This document shows, in pieces, positions 14,040-27,920 of a stretch of DNA of 64,000 nt. Under the pieces are notes generated by a model. It was not told the origin of the DNA and searched no databases. It saw only the letters and a program-made list of their open reading frames with translations. Source of the DNA: the human T2T-CHM13v2.0 reference genome, Homo sapiens; the NCBI RefSeq assembly GCF_009914755.1, contig NC_060925.1. One strand, written 5' to 3'. How positions within the stretch are numbered: the stretch's first letter is position 1; the number at the start of each line of letters is the position of its first letter. The position numbers and the translations under genes were made by a program.

Positions 14040-15520
14040 CTCCAGAACCGCTAATATCCAGGTCGGGACTTTGTGTTGCTGCGAGCCCAGGTCCCCACCC
14101 TGAAGTCTAGGACAGACCCATGAGCTTGGGTGGGAGAGAAGAGCAATGCAGACGTGACTGTCCTGCCAGGCGGGGGCGCCGCCGCCAGACGCACGAAAAC
14201 AACCAAATAAATCAGGCCCAGGAACTCCTAATCCTTCCCGGCTGTGGCTGCTACCGCTTGCCCCGCCGGCACCGCCCTGCCAAGGGCGCAGAGTCGGGCC
14301 AGCAGAGCCGGAGTGATGCCGGGCCATCGAGGCGTCCTCAGCCCCCGAGGTGGGAGGTGGTGGGGGGGCGGGGAGGAGAAGAAGAAGGCTCTCCCGACAC
14401 GGTGACTCAGGCCTCCTTGACCCGCTCCTGGGTGGGCACGTTCCTGCGCCCCGGTCTATTTTTAGAGCCGGCTCTGGGCCTGAGCGCAGACTGAAGGGAA
14501 GGGGGGCCTCGTGGGGGGCGCAGGCGCCTGACCAGCTCCTCCAGCTCGGGGCTCAAGCCCCAGGCCCTCCAGCTGTCTACTTGGAAAAGGGTGGAAGCAC
14601 ATGGAGGGTGGGTGTCAGGGTGTGCGGCGCAGGCCCAGAGAATGCGCCCCCCTTCCCCACAAGGCCTGGCAGTTCCAGAGAACTGGGCGCGGCCTCCCAA
14701 ATAACGACCTCTGTTAAGTGGGACCAGGAGCCTCCCGATGGTCGCTGTGTCTGCCCATTGGACCAGGGGCCAGGGCGGGCGGGGCTTTGGGCGACAGAAC
14801 TGGCTAGGGTGGGAGAGGAGAGGAAGCTGCCAGGTTCTGGGGATCCCGACCCCACCCCGCCGACAGCCACGCCTCCAGCCCACTCTGGCCACGCCACTGG
14901 TCTGCCTTTGAACCACACTCATGGCCGGGTGCCTTCCCTGACTCCGCCCTAGGCCCTGCCTCCTATCTGGCTCCGCCCAGCCCTGGCCAACCTTAGAACC
15001 TGTCCCAAGGTCCAGAGAGGCCTAGATGAGGGGTAGCCTGCCTCTGAGAGGCATGGAGCCCTCCTCCCGCGTGGGGTCAGGGAATAGAAGGGCGTCGAGG
15101 GTGGCGGGTGAGGGAACGTTCCTGGCGCCGCGAACGGGAAGCCTCCAGGCTGCAGGACGTAGCTGCGGGGACCCGGCAGTCTGCGAGGCTGGAGTGGCCG
15201 AGGCCGCCCCGAGCATAGAAACAGCCCTGTATACGTGGGCACAGAAAGGCCCAGGGAGTCGCCTGGGCAGAAGTGTCTAGGACGATGCCTCTGCCACGGA
15301 GCCCTGGAGTGGGGGCAGCTGATGGCTCAAGACACATGAGCTCTGGTGGCGAGTACAGGGACGCGGGGTTTGGGGAGGCCCAAGTCAAGGTCCATCCTTC
15401 TGGGATGAGGGGCGGAGGATGGGAGGCGGAGCCCGGTCTCCAGGGCACCAGCCCTCCACCTAGCGGGAAGCTTGGGAATCGCGGAGTGCAGAGGTGGGGT
15501 GCGGAAAGGGTTCCACCGCG
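14040..15520. promoter_or_regulatory. Intergenic (orphan) CpG island / candidate enhancer
   Basis: CpG-dense non-repeat sequence; AP-1 TGACTCA at 14403-14409; MEF2 CTATTTTTAG at 14456-14465; GC boxes. Confidence 0.6.
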
Positions 15521-15740
15521 CCTGGGCTCCTTTTTCTCCTTGGAGGTCCCACTGGCGCCTACCCACCACCATCCTGCCCAGTCCGCTCCATCTCGGGGAT
15601 TCGCCCCAGATAGAAAGGGGAGTCATTCTAACATCTATCTTCCCTTCTTCCCCCCATCTCCAGGTCCTATCCCCTTCCCTTCTTCCTTGCAGTTATCCCT
15701 GGGAGCTGCCTCTGCCGGTTCCAGTCCCTGGAACACCTGA

Positions 15741-16110
<370 letters not shown>

Positions 16111-18490
16111 GCCATGCGGTGTTTCTAAACAGGAATCTGGTTGTGTCACTTTCTTGATTAGAATCATTCAATAGCATCTTATGGTCCAAATAGACTCCAA
16201 ACCTTGACTTGGGACTTGAGCTCTTCACCATCCAGCTCCACCTCCCTCAGCCCCAGTCCCTCTCTGGGGCTTTCTGTGTTCCACCCATACAGGAGAACTG
16301 TCAGCTCCTCATCCCTTTTCCAGGAACGCCCTCCCTGGCCTCATCCTTGCTGTCTTCAGGGCTTAGTCTGGCAGAGACTCCACTTCTTGGGAGGCCTTTC
16401 CTGAACCCCAGGTCTTAGTTAGGTGCCCCTTGTCTGACCTCCCACCACCCCCAGTATGTGCCTGCCTCTCTCAGAGCAGTCACTGCCTGGGTCTCTAATG
16501 ACTTATTCACTCCCGTGGCAGGACAATTGATTGAGATATTAATTGCTTTGTTCTCCTGTAGTTTCCCCTCCCACTTGCAAGCTGGTAGCCAAGCCCTTTG
16601 ATTTTTCTAGCCTCAGGGAACTGTGCAGGGCCAAACGCAAAAAGCTGCTTGAAGTCTGATGGCTTGTCCTGAGTTTGGAAAGAGCTAAACTTCTGGAAGC
16701 AGGCGTGCCATGTGTTCCCAAGGGATGGGGAGAAGAGGACAGAGAATTGAGAGGCAGAAGCTAGCTGCAGAGGGTGCAGAAGCTGGGGGTCCTTTGGGTG
16801 GTAGGGACCTGTGTCTAGCTCCCTTGACAGCTGATAGCTCCCTTGACAGGTGACAGGAGCTGTGGGGATGTGTGGTAACGCACCTGGGGTGGCTGGAGTG
16901 CAAACACTTGGGAACCAGCTTCAGTGCTCCAAAGTAGCAGGGGAACAGCTTAGTCACTGAGCCTCAAGGGACCATATGGACTACTAGGACAATGGACATC
17001 TCTGTGTGACCAATGTAGACTGAAGACAGGAGGCACCTCTTCTGTGCCCATGTGCAGGGAGGGCCAGCAGCTCCTTGCACTCGCCAGTGGGAAAGGTGGG
17101 AGGGAGCCTTCAGTGATGGTTGAGATTAAATTTTTTGCCAACTCATAGGAAAGCGTTTAGAGTGAGTCAGACTGGAGTTGGTTTAAAGTGAATACAGAAA
17201 CAGGGTATTTCTTGTTTGTGTGCCAAGCTTCCTCCCTACTACACCTGTCTGTGTGTCTCTTAATACGCTGCAGAGCTGAGACTGTATGTGCCTCATTCAG
17301 AATTGTATCCTCAGCACCCAGCGTGGTACCTGGCATATATTGACTGCTCAAAATGTATCGGTTGAATTCGCTTTTCCTCCGTAGCTACAGAAATCCTTCT
17401 AAAACCCAAGTCTGCTTCCGTGGTTCCCCTCTGGCCCTCAGAATAAAATCCAAACCCCGATGATATCCCACAAAGCCACTGTGATCTCACCGCCCCGTAT
17501 CCGCAGCCCATCCTCTCCAGCTGAACTGCACTATTTGCAATTCCCCAAACTTGCCAAGTTGTTTCATGCCTCGTGCCTTTGCTTATGAGGCACCCTCTGC
17601 CTGGAGTGCCCTTTCCCCTTTCTCTGCCTGCTGAGCTTTCAATTAGTCTTCAGAGCTCAGTGCAAGTGTTTCCTTGTCTTCCCTGACACCCTCTTCTGAA
17701 GGCAGAGGAAACTTCTCCTGCTCTGCAGCCTAATGCTCAGGCCCATGTCTGTCTCCTTCTTCCCCAAGCCTGGTTTCCTGGACTGTGGGCTTCTCTAGTA
17801 GAGTGAGTTCCCCATGCCCAACATGGTGCCAGGTACACCACAGGCTCTCAATAAATGCTCACTGTTCACTGGGCTTTAGCCTTGATCCTCCAAGGACTCA
17901 TGGTGTGACCTCGAGCAACCTCTCCCTTCTGAGCCTCAGATTTCCTTTCTGCACAACGGGAGGAGTGGAACTGAATGTTCTCTAAGGGCCCTTTCTTCCC
18001 TCAGTTGAGCCTGGAAATGAGAGCATGTAAAACACAACTCACCTGTGTGCACGGCAGGCCAGCTAAGGGCAGAACATGCTCAGACACAGAGCTGCCCATA
18101 GCATCCATGCATGGCCACCTGGGAGCAAGCCCTTGCCCAGACAGCTGCACGTGACAATGTCACACAAAAGTGCATGTGGCCCTCTGGACGTGGATGTGCT
18201 GTCCTCCCAACCCCCATCCCCCATCAACCACTGGCCCTGACAGTGAAAAATTCAGCAGCAGTCAGGGATGCCAGTCTGGCAGTGAGTTAATATTCAAGGA
18301 AGGAGCCTTCTGCAATATGCATGCCCTGAGGCTGGTGTCCTATGGGGCTCTCCCCTTCCCAGGCCTGCACAGGCAAAGCCCTCCCCACCCCACCACAGGC
18401 ACAGACACAGACAGTCTGCCTGCGGCAGGGCACTGAGAACTAGACCTTCAGCTCTAATTGCTTCCTGGACAGCCCCCTCCCAATGTCTCC

Positions 18491-19005
18491 TCATTCATTC
18501 ATTCAGCAATATCTATGCAGTTCCTATCCTGTCCCAGCAACAGTATGAATGTATGACCCTGTTCTGCCCTCAGGGGCTCATAGTCCAGTGGGGGAGACAG
18601 ACAATAAATAGGAAACAAGTGATATAAACTCAGATCAGGAGAAATGATACTGTGGAAAGGATTAGGTGATGTGATTTTTAAAAAATGACTTGGTGGGAGA
18701 AAGGGGTAGTCAAGGAAGGCATTTCTGAGGAGGTGGCATCTCATCAAAAGACAAGAGCCAGCACAGCAGACAGCCAGGGAAGAGACTTTCAAATTGAGGG
18801 CACAGCAAACACAAAGGCCCTGGGAAGGGAGAATCCATGAAATGTGTTTGAGGAGCAGAGAGGAGGCCATGGAGCTGCTCAGACAGTGACAGCAAGTGGC
18901 AGGACATTTGGACAGAGCAATGGGCAGGGACCAGAGCATGCCGAGCCTCCTGTGCCACAGTGAGAGCCTTTGTTTTAGTCAAAGAGCAATGGGAAGCCCC
19001 TGGAA
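18491..19005 (-). mobile_element. L2 3' fragment
   Basis: (TCAT)n tail followed by the typical L2 ccctgttctgccctcaggggctcatagtccagtgggggagacagac. Confidence 0.65.
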
Positions 19006-19384
19006 ACAGTATCCATCCCTTCCCCCAGCTCCTCCATCTTGGGAGCCTTCTTAGAGACTATGCCTTCCTCATCTTTACGTTGTCAGTGCCCATCCCAAGG
19101 CCCAGCATGGGGTTGACATCAGACACCATTTACTGATAAATAAATGACCAATCAAGTTCTCCTGGCTCAAGGCTTGATTCAATGGCTCAGAGTAGGTCAA
19201 CAGGGCCAGATTAAGACATTTACATGCCATCCATTGGGAAGAGTCTGGCACTCCCATACATCATTCACAATAGAAATAATACTAATCCATGAAGCATACT
19301 TCTTTATGCACATGCTGGAATGAAAACCACTTCCTTTTGGATTTTCAATTGCAAAATTCTGGATTAGTTCATGGAAGCAGAACT

Positions 19385-19751
<367 letters not shown>

Positions 19752-21673
19752 CTAAACTGAACTCAGTCCGCCCATTGATCACCCAGTGCTAGATGGCAGG
19801 GCTTGCCCAACCATCCCCTCAATGACATGGTCTTGGCTTCTGCACTCTGGATAACGAGGAGGACCAAGGGTGCCGTTGTGGCCCAGGCCTAATTGACAGC
19901 AAGCAGCCCTACAGGTAGGAAGAAGGCAGTAGCACTGTCAGCAGGTTTTGGGAGCTGCTCATTGTGAGAACTCTGGGAAATAACCCTCCTTGGACCATCA
20001 AGCTTGCTCCTGCCCATCCCTGACCCTCTAAAAACAGTACCAAGTGACCAAGGTCCAAGAGGTCTCTCAGAGGAGGTATCTAAGGCTCAGAGAGGTTACT
20101 TAACTTGTCCAAGGTCACTCAGCAAGTTGGAGATGGAGTTGCAGTTGGGACCCAAGCCTGGCCCCTGAAGCAGACTGGAGGCATTCCCTCCCTGGGTGAG
20201 CCGGGCTGGGGAAGAATGCTGAGGGGCCCCTATCTGGATCCACAGAACTGATGAGAACAAACTGGAAGTTGGACCCAGCCAAGCCTTTAAATGGGGTCTG
20301 CCCTTACCCCAGCCCCTCTTTCGCTACCCAGCTGAGCCCTAAACCTCTAAGCTCAATGCTCCCTCAGCCTCCTCTCTGGGTCCTAGAGATGGACCACATC
20401 TCAGGTCCCCCATGTGACTTCCACAGCATCACACAGACACAGAACTGGGCACCCAGGAAGGATCCAGAAGCCGAGTCTCAAATTTGCTCTCACTTCTCTC
20501 CCAGTGGCCTATGTCACAGGTGCTAGCCCTCCTTCACTCAGTCAACCCCCAACCACACCTGCTCTATGTATGGCCCCAGAAGGGAATTAGACTCAATGTG
20601 GGGGCCTGGGAGAAAAGTTGACCTCCCCTCCCCACTTCACTGACCTCCCCAGGGATGGCACTTAGGAAACTCAGACAAAGCAGCTCAGTGATTCTCAGGG
20701 GATTGGAAGCTGGGTGGTTGAGGGGAGCACCTCCACATGCAGGCCAGTTTTCCCAGGCCAAGTCCAGGCTGAGCTCTGCCTCTACTAGGCTGCACCCCAC
20801 CCCACCCCCAGTGAGTGGGAAGTGACAAATGAGCCTGAGGAAGGAGGAGGGAGCTGGCGATCGATGGCATTAACATGGTGCCCAAATTAAATATTGACTT
20901 TCTTGGTTGACTCTAGGGACACTTGGATTGATGGCTGAGGCTTTGCCATGCCACCACAGGGGATAGGCACATAACAGCCTGGAGCAGGTCCATAGGGAAG
21001 CTGAGGCCTGGAGAGGAGGGGCTCACCTTTGCTTCCACCTGCTCAGGAGGAGTAGAAGTGAGGGCTTCAGGGAGCCCGGAGCACCGTGCCTGCTTCTCCA
21101 CCTTCCCCATGGAGTCCAGAGTCCCATCCGTCCCGAAGGTCTTGGAGTCCAGGCCTTGTTGAGTGTCCCCCCAACCCCATTCCCACCTCCAGGAACTGTG
21201 GCTAACCTGAAGTGCAACAAATGAGCAGAATCAATCTCTGTGATGATAACCATTACTGGGTCTCAGGACCCGGCCTCCCAAGGCGGTAGGGCTGGTTATT
21301 TCTGATCATTATGTAGGATCTTGGAGAGGAGGTAGGGACAGCCTCTCTGTTCATGGAAATCTCCCATCATCCTCTCCAGCTAACTCACCTTCAGAGACTA
21401 CAGTAAGCCCTGAGCTTTCTCTCCCTCTTTTCTCTTTTTTTTCACCTGTCCTGAACAAAGGGAGTCTCCCTCTTTTCAAAGCTCCACTTTAAGAACTGTC
21501 TCTAGTCCCTTGATTTATTCACCTCCCACCCTACTCTACAACCCACCTCAGTGCTGGTTCCTCCCATAGTAATGACTCCAGCCCAGCCCCTCATTCTGAG
21601 TTCCAGCCCTGTGTGTTCAACTACCTACTTTCCACTTGACATCTCCCCTTGACCATCTCAAAGTTGACATGCC

Positions 21674-22029
21674 TGCTATGGTTTGAATGTGTCCCCCAAA
21701 AAGCATGTGTTGGAAACTTAATCCCCAGTGCAACAGTGTTGGGAGATGGGGTCAATGGGGGGGTGTGTGTTTAGATCATGAGGGCACCGCCCTCATGAAT
21801 GGATTAACACTGATTATAAAAGAGCTTGAGTCTTTGAATTCAATCTCTTGCTCTCTCTCTCACCCTTCTGCCTTCTGCCATAAGATGATGCAGCAAAAAA
21901 GACCTTGCCAGATGACAGCCCCACAACCTTGGACTTCCCAGCCTCCAGAACTGCAATGAATGAATCTCTGTTCTTTATAAATGACCCAGTCTCAGGTATT
22001 GTTATAGCAGCACAAAATGGACTAAGACA
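21674..22029 (+). mobile_element. MST-family (ERVL-MaLR) solo LTR nested in an L2 relic
   Basis: TG...CA termini (tgctatggtttgaatgtgtccc ... atggactaagaca); perfect 5-bp TSD atgcc at 21669-21673 and 22030-22034. Confidence 0.88.
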
Positions 22030-23126
22030 ATGCCCAAGGCCAAATTAATGACTGTCTCCCCCAAAGCTGGTCCTCTTCCTGTACCTCTATGCCAATGACA
22101 CGGTCATCCATCCAGGTGTGTAAGACAGAAGCCCAGGTGTCATCCTTGGCTCCTCTCTGATACCCAATCCACACCAGGAGCTGAGTGCTGACAATTCTAC
22201 CCACTACATATATAGAAACTCCATTCCTCCTCCATAGCACCCTCTAAAGTCTCCTTCATGCAGATCATCTCCTTGCTGGTCTCTCTCTCCACCCTCACTC
22301 TTCAGTGTCCCTGCCCCCACCAATCCATTTTCCATCCACTCAAGAGAAATCGTGTTGATATAGAAATCTGATCATGCCAGTACTCTGCTCAACACTCTTC
22401 CTTAGCTTCCCACTCTCCTTAAAGGCCAAAACCCTCAGTGGAGTCTCCTCTGCCTTAGACACTTAGCATGTGTTTTGAGGGCCTGAGAGGGTGGAAGTCT
22501 TCCCAGAGTCAGTGGCCTTGGAGGAGTGGAGGGAGGAATATGATGGGTACTGGGGACTGGATTAGAAAAGCCCCAACTGGGGGACCCCATGAGGTGCCAG
22601 GGTGGGCATGAAGAAGCCTGAAGGGAAATGAGTCCTGAGAAGCAGAAGTCAGCAGCATCCCGCACCCAGGTCCTCCCTCAGGCCACCTAATTTCCTTTTA
22701 ATTGGTGCCTAATGGAAGTGATTTAAGCCCAATTAAGTTTTAACGTGTCTGTTCCAGTCTAGCCTCAACTTGCTTCCCTTCTCCCAGAGTCTAGGGCTGC
22801 AGGGGTAAGGGTAAGGGTGAGGGTAAGGGTGACCCCTTCCCCTAGTGCTGCTGAGGGAGGCCTGATACCAGTCCACAGGTCTCCTCAGGACCTTCCCCTA
22901 CTTCCCCAACACCTCCTCCCTACCCACCAGTATCCCCAGGATATGTGGAGCCCAGGAACCCTGGCTTTGGACCTCCCTTGTGCGGGCACTGTGCTGGCAA
23001 CTTTCCCTCCATCACCTCCTCAAGCCCTCTCCGTGGCCCCATGAGGCAGGCTGTGCGGAAGTACCTCCTTTTCACAGAGGGCACTGAGTTCACTTGCTCA
23101 AGGTCACTGCCTTTGTTCTGCCTAGA

Positions 23127-23436
23127 GCTGTGCTGTCCGACATGGTAGCCTCACGGGAGTACTGAGCAGTCAGAAGGTGGTGAGACTGACTTGAGATGCA
23201 CTGTAGCACTGTATGTATAAAACACACACGAGATTTCCAAGACTCCGTATAAAAAAAGAATGTTAAATATCTCAGTCATTTTTTATATTGATTATATGTT
23301 GAAATGATCGTTTTTTAATATATTGAATGAGATATATTATTAAAATGAATTTCACCTTTTCAAACTTTTAAAGAATGGTTACTAGAAAATTCTAAATTAC
23401 ATATGTCGTTTACATTGTATTTTTATTAGACATCTC
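23127..23436. mobile_element. MER33-like hAT-Charlie element
   Basis: ctgtgctgtcc...atggtagcc start; AT-rich body ending ctagaaaattctaaattacatatgt...ttattagaca. Confidence 0.7.
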
Positions 23437-26400
23437 CCAGGGTCTGTTCTCATGAAGGTAGGGATGGTCTGCTCATCCTTGACCCTGCCAGTCTGGAAAG
23501 CAAGAAAAGGCTGCAGCTGAGCTTGTGCGGGCGGGCCTCTCAGTCTTGTCTCCTCATCCTTTGGGTGAAGACAAGTCCCTTTCAGCACCCTGGACAGCAG
23601 CCAGGGCTGGCTTCCCACTTGGGGTTGAGGAAGGAATAACTGTGGGAGGAGTAGATTAACACCTATAAAATGCTTCCCATGAATCATCTTAAGTCATGCT
23701 CCGGATATCCAGTGAGGAAGACTGGGTAGGAGTTGTCATTATCCCAATTTTGCAGATGAGGAAATCAATGTTCAGGGAGATTTGTGTATTCCACCCTTCA
23801 CCCGCTAAAGATTCACTGATGCCTGCTTCATGTGGGCCTCTGAGTGCACAAACCACAGCAAGGCCAACACAGATGACAGCAGTTCTGTGTGATCAGTGCA
23901 GTAGTGACAGTGCATGCCAAGGCCTGTGGGGGCCCAGCGAGTGCTGACTGCTGGGCCAGGGAGTTCAGGGACAGCATCACACAGGGGGCTACTTGGGCTG
24001 GGTCTGGAAGGCTGAAGGAGAGTTTCCCCTCTGTGAGGAGGAGGGAGTTTCAGGCAGAAGGAGTGGTGCATGCACAGGCATGGAGGTCAGAGAGATGGGC
24101 CAGAGGAGGGAGGCAAGGGCCACATCACCAAGGGCCTTGAACTCTAGGCTAATTCCAGGATCCACAGAAGGCATCTGAGCAGTGGCCTGGCCAGATCTGC
24201 ATTTTGGAAAGATCACTTGGGCCATGTGGATGAAGGGCTGGAGACTGGAGGCAGAGAAAATGAGGGCAATGATGTGAGAAATTTGAGTCCAGGAAAGAAA
24301 TGACAGGTTGTTAGATATTAGCTCAAATGGAAGGGAGATCGAGCCAACTCATTTTACAGATAGGGAAACCCATGTCAGACAGGGTCCAGTGGCCTGTCCA
24401 AGGTCACGCAGCAAGTCAGTGCCTGGGGGAGCAGGGACTGAGGGCAAGGGAGGGACAAAGCCCCCACCCCAGGAAAGCTAAGTGGCTGGTCTCAAAGCCA
24501 GCAGAGGCCTCTGCAGGTAGCTGTGGTTTGTGTTTGAGCAGAATCAACAAGGTAAATACTAAACTTCCTCTTCAACCAGATGCAAAGCAAGAATGGACAG
24601 GAGGGCAGGGACGTGCACATCACACCTCAGCCCCAGAGGGCCCCAGAGGTGGTGACCAGCGGAGCCTAAGACCAGGAAGGAGGGAGGTGCGAGCACAGGA
24701 CAAGGCATTAAGAGGGCCTTTAGGTGATGGTCAGAGGAAGGAATGTGGAGTAGGATCTGCTGGTACATGGTCGGGCTTTGTTTGTGCAAACCCCCTTTTA
24801 GGAACAGGCCCCCCTTTCTCAGAGACCTGCTCCCTCTCCTCCCTCTCCCTCTCCCCCATGGTTCCTGATGGGACTGCCAATCACAGTGCCCCAGCCTCCT
24901 TCCTGGGGCCAGCCAGAGCTCTTCCTTCCTTGGGGGTTTTCTAATTGGAATTCAAGAGAGAAAGTTTCTTCCCCTCTAGGGGCAATGCTGAGTGATCGAG
25001 CTGGGAGGAGGAAGCCTGGCAGGCCCAGGGGGAAGAGGCCTTAAAGAATGAAGCCGACACACATTCGAGAGAATGCCAGGAGAGGATGAAACATGCGGTG
25101 GCACTCCTGATCCCGGGTCCCATCACGAAGGCCAGCCGCACTTGCCCACTGCTGTCCTTGCGGCAGCGCGCTCCTGGGTGAACAAAGCTCCCAGGTGCCT
25201 AAGCTGGCTGGTATCGGATTCTGCCACTCCCAGCCACAAGTCCCAGTCACAAGCTGAGCTGTGGGAGCTTGGGAAAGTCATGTCCCCTCTCCAAGCCTCG
25301 ATTTACTCATCTCCAAAATGGGGCAGTCACAATACCTACCTTGAAGAATCAAATGAGGTAGTGCTTGAGTGAACTCTGTGTACACTTAAGTGCTGGGGCT
25401 GCCCGAAGGGAGGGAGGCGGAGGAGTGAGTCGCAGGAGCTCCAAGGGTCTAGAAGCACAGTCCTGAGTGGACTCTGCCCGCACGGCTCCTCTGACCAGGT
25501 CTCACAGCAGGCAGGATTGGAATGAGACCAGAGCAAGCCTGTGCCATCAAGGCCTGCAAAACTCTGAAGAGGCCTCCGCCCCTCCTCCAGCACCCCTGGG
25601 CAGGCCATTATCTGTGATACCCCCTACCCCAGCAGCCAGTCACTTCTGTCACTCCCACCCAGGCTGCTGCAGCACCTAACCCTCCCTCAGCTCTCCAGGG
25701 ACCTGTCTGTGTCTCCGAGTCCCTGGGAAGGGGCCCAGAGGTGCCCATGTTGCTAAATGACCAGGCAAGAAGGACCTGTGACCCTGCTAACCGTGCCTCT
25801 GCTCCAGCTGCTGCCTGACTCCAGAATATGTTTCCAGATGTAATCCTGTGCCCCCTCTTTCTGGGGGCCTGAAAACTGAGCAAGGATCCGCTCACTCAGG
25901 CATGTAATGAATGCAACTCAGTACAAGCCTCCAGCCCCTGGCACCAAGCCAGCCTGGCTCCCACACCCCACCCCAGCCCTGGCCCGGTCCAACACCTGCA
26001 TCTCCACCACAACCCAGCATCTGCGGCTCCCCTGCAGCCATGGTCAAGTTCCAGGAAGCTGAGCTGAAGCCCCACCTCCATCAAGCGTGGGTTTGAAGTC
26101 CCAGCTCTGCCTCTGACTGTGGCCTTGAGCCGGGCACTGCCCATCTCTGGCCTCATTTTCCTATCCACAAAATGGGCAACCTAAAACCTTCCAACAGGGT
26201 TGTTGTGAGGGGCCAGGGGATATGTGTGTGAAGCTCCTAGCTTAGAGCACTGCATGAGACTGGTGCCACATGGTCACAGCTAACCCTTCAAGAGCTTATC
26301 CTGTCCCAGGTATTTGCTGAACACTTTACAAATAGGAATTTGTTTCATCCCTGTAACAACCCTGTGAGGTGGGCACTGTTACCATCCCCATTTCACAGAT

Positions 26401-26770
26401 GTGAAACCAAGGTCACTAAGCTCTGTCTTGGCTCTAGCCCAGGAAGTCTGGCCTCTGTGCCCCAGTGAATGGCAGCCACGACCATCACAGCCACCAGGAA
26501 AAGCCAGCCATAAGAGGTCCCCTCCCACACTCCCAATCTGCTTCCCACAGCCCAGATCGGGGAAAGGATGAATCACCCAGAGAGTCAGGGACAAAGATGG
26601 GGTCAGAGCCTAGGCCGCCCCCTCCCAGGCAGGGCTGGACTGACCCCATCACATCATCTGATGAGATCAAGTGAGTTCAACCCAGGAGACAGAAACAAAG
26701 TCGGGGTCCCAGAGCTGGGCCTTTACCTGAGGGAAGCAAACAGCTCAGCAGCAAAATCCACAGAGTGAAG

Positions 26771-26776
26771 TTTATT
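26771..26776 (-). terminator. ADGRB2: ADGRB2 polyadenylation signal AATAAA (3'UTR ~300 nt)
   Basis: tttatt on the plus strand, ~285 nt past the stop codon. Confidence 0.85.
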
Positions 26777-27059
26777 CCCAACAAAGTTCCCCTCCCCCCT
26801 CCCCAGCCCGGGACAGGGACGGACAGGCTGGGCTGAAGATGGGGTTCCAGTGGCTGAGGGGCCTCTGAGAAACAAGGAAGGGCCCTGGGACCCCAGGCCA
26901 AGCCATGTCCGGCTCCCCCAGCCTGGCTGAGTCCACGGCGCCTCCCTGCCCAGCCCTCGGGAGAGGGGAGAGGGCGCTGGCTCCTGGGTAGTTCCAAAGT
27001 GGAGTGTGAAAATAGAGAGATATATATATTTATATGCAGTGGGCAGTCCAGCGTGGCAC

Positions 27060-27245
27060 TCACACCTCTGTCTGGAAGTCACCATCCGGTGGTTCTGTGG
27101 GCTCCCAGGCTGCTGCCCGGTGCAGAGTCAGCCGTTCTCGGGGCTTGGGGGGCAGCGAGCCCAGTGTCATAGATTTGAAGGTGCTCCAGCTCTGATGGCG
27201 CCGATGTTGGGACAAGCTGGGGCGCTCCCCAGGGCTGGGCTTATC
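27060..27245 (-). CDS. ADGRB2: ADGRB2 exon 33 coding part (DKPSPGE...QTEV*, PDZ-binding motif)
   Basis: Acceptor cacag|GAT; TGA at 27060-27062. Confidence 0.95.
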
Positions 27246-27664
27246 CTGTGGAGGGAGCGGGAGGGGCCGTGGAGATGGGCCAATATCCTTACCCATTGTA
27301 CAGACGATCAAACTGAGGAGTCCCAGAGAGGGCTGGTAATGCCCAAAGTTATGGAGCAATCAGGTGTCAAGCAGAATTCAAATACAGACCTGCCTGGTTC
27401 CAGGGTGGGGCTCCTGACCCCTGTTCTCAGTGGCCCCCAGGACATGTCTCCTGCTGACCACTCTCCCTCCCAATCCTGGAGGACCTCCACCCCTGTTCGC
27501 CATCTGCAGCACCTTCCCCACCCCCAGGCGGCCCCAGACTGTTGCCCATGCCGTGGGGGAGGCCCTTGGTGAGACAGGCTGGGGTTGCCTGGGAGGGGCA
27601 GGAGGGCAGGGAGGGCACGGGTCCCTCAGGCCCACCTCACCCCACCCAGCCCGGGGGGACTCAC

Positions 27665-27721
27665 GGTGCACACGCTCCGCTCGGCCGCCCCACCCGAGGA
27701 CACACTCCACCGCTTCTCCCT
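27665..27721 (-). CDS. ADGRB2: ADGRB2 exon 32 (REKRWSVSSGGAAERSVCT)
   Basis: ttgcag|AGG ... ACC|gtgagt; 57 nt. Confidence 0.9.
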
Positions 27722-27821
27722 CTGCAACGGGGGCCACCGGTCAGGCTCCAACCCCAGGGGCCACTGCACCAGGTCAGGCCCTGAGCTTCAGGGCAGGGGC
27801 AGCCACGGGAGGAGCCCTCAC

Positions 27822-27920
27822 CTTGGCCGTGGACTGGCTGCGGTAGCGGTCGAAAGTGTGGAACTTCTGGTTGAGCTCGTGGTAGAGTTCTGAATGCCGT
27901 TTCCGGGTGTGCATCACCTT
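27822..27920 (-). CDS. ADGRB2: ADGRB2 exon 31 (KVMHTRKRH...STAK)
   Basis: TAG|AAG NAGNAG acceptor; AAG|gtgagg donor. Confidence 0.92.
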
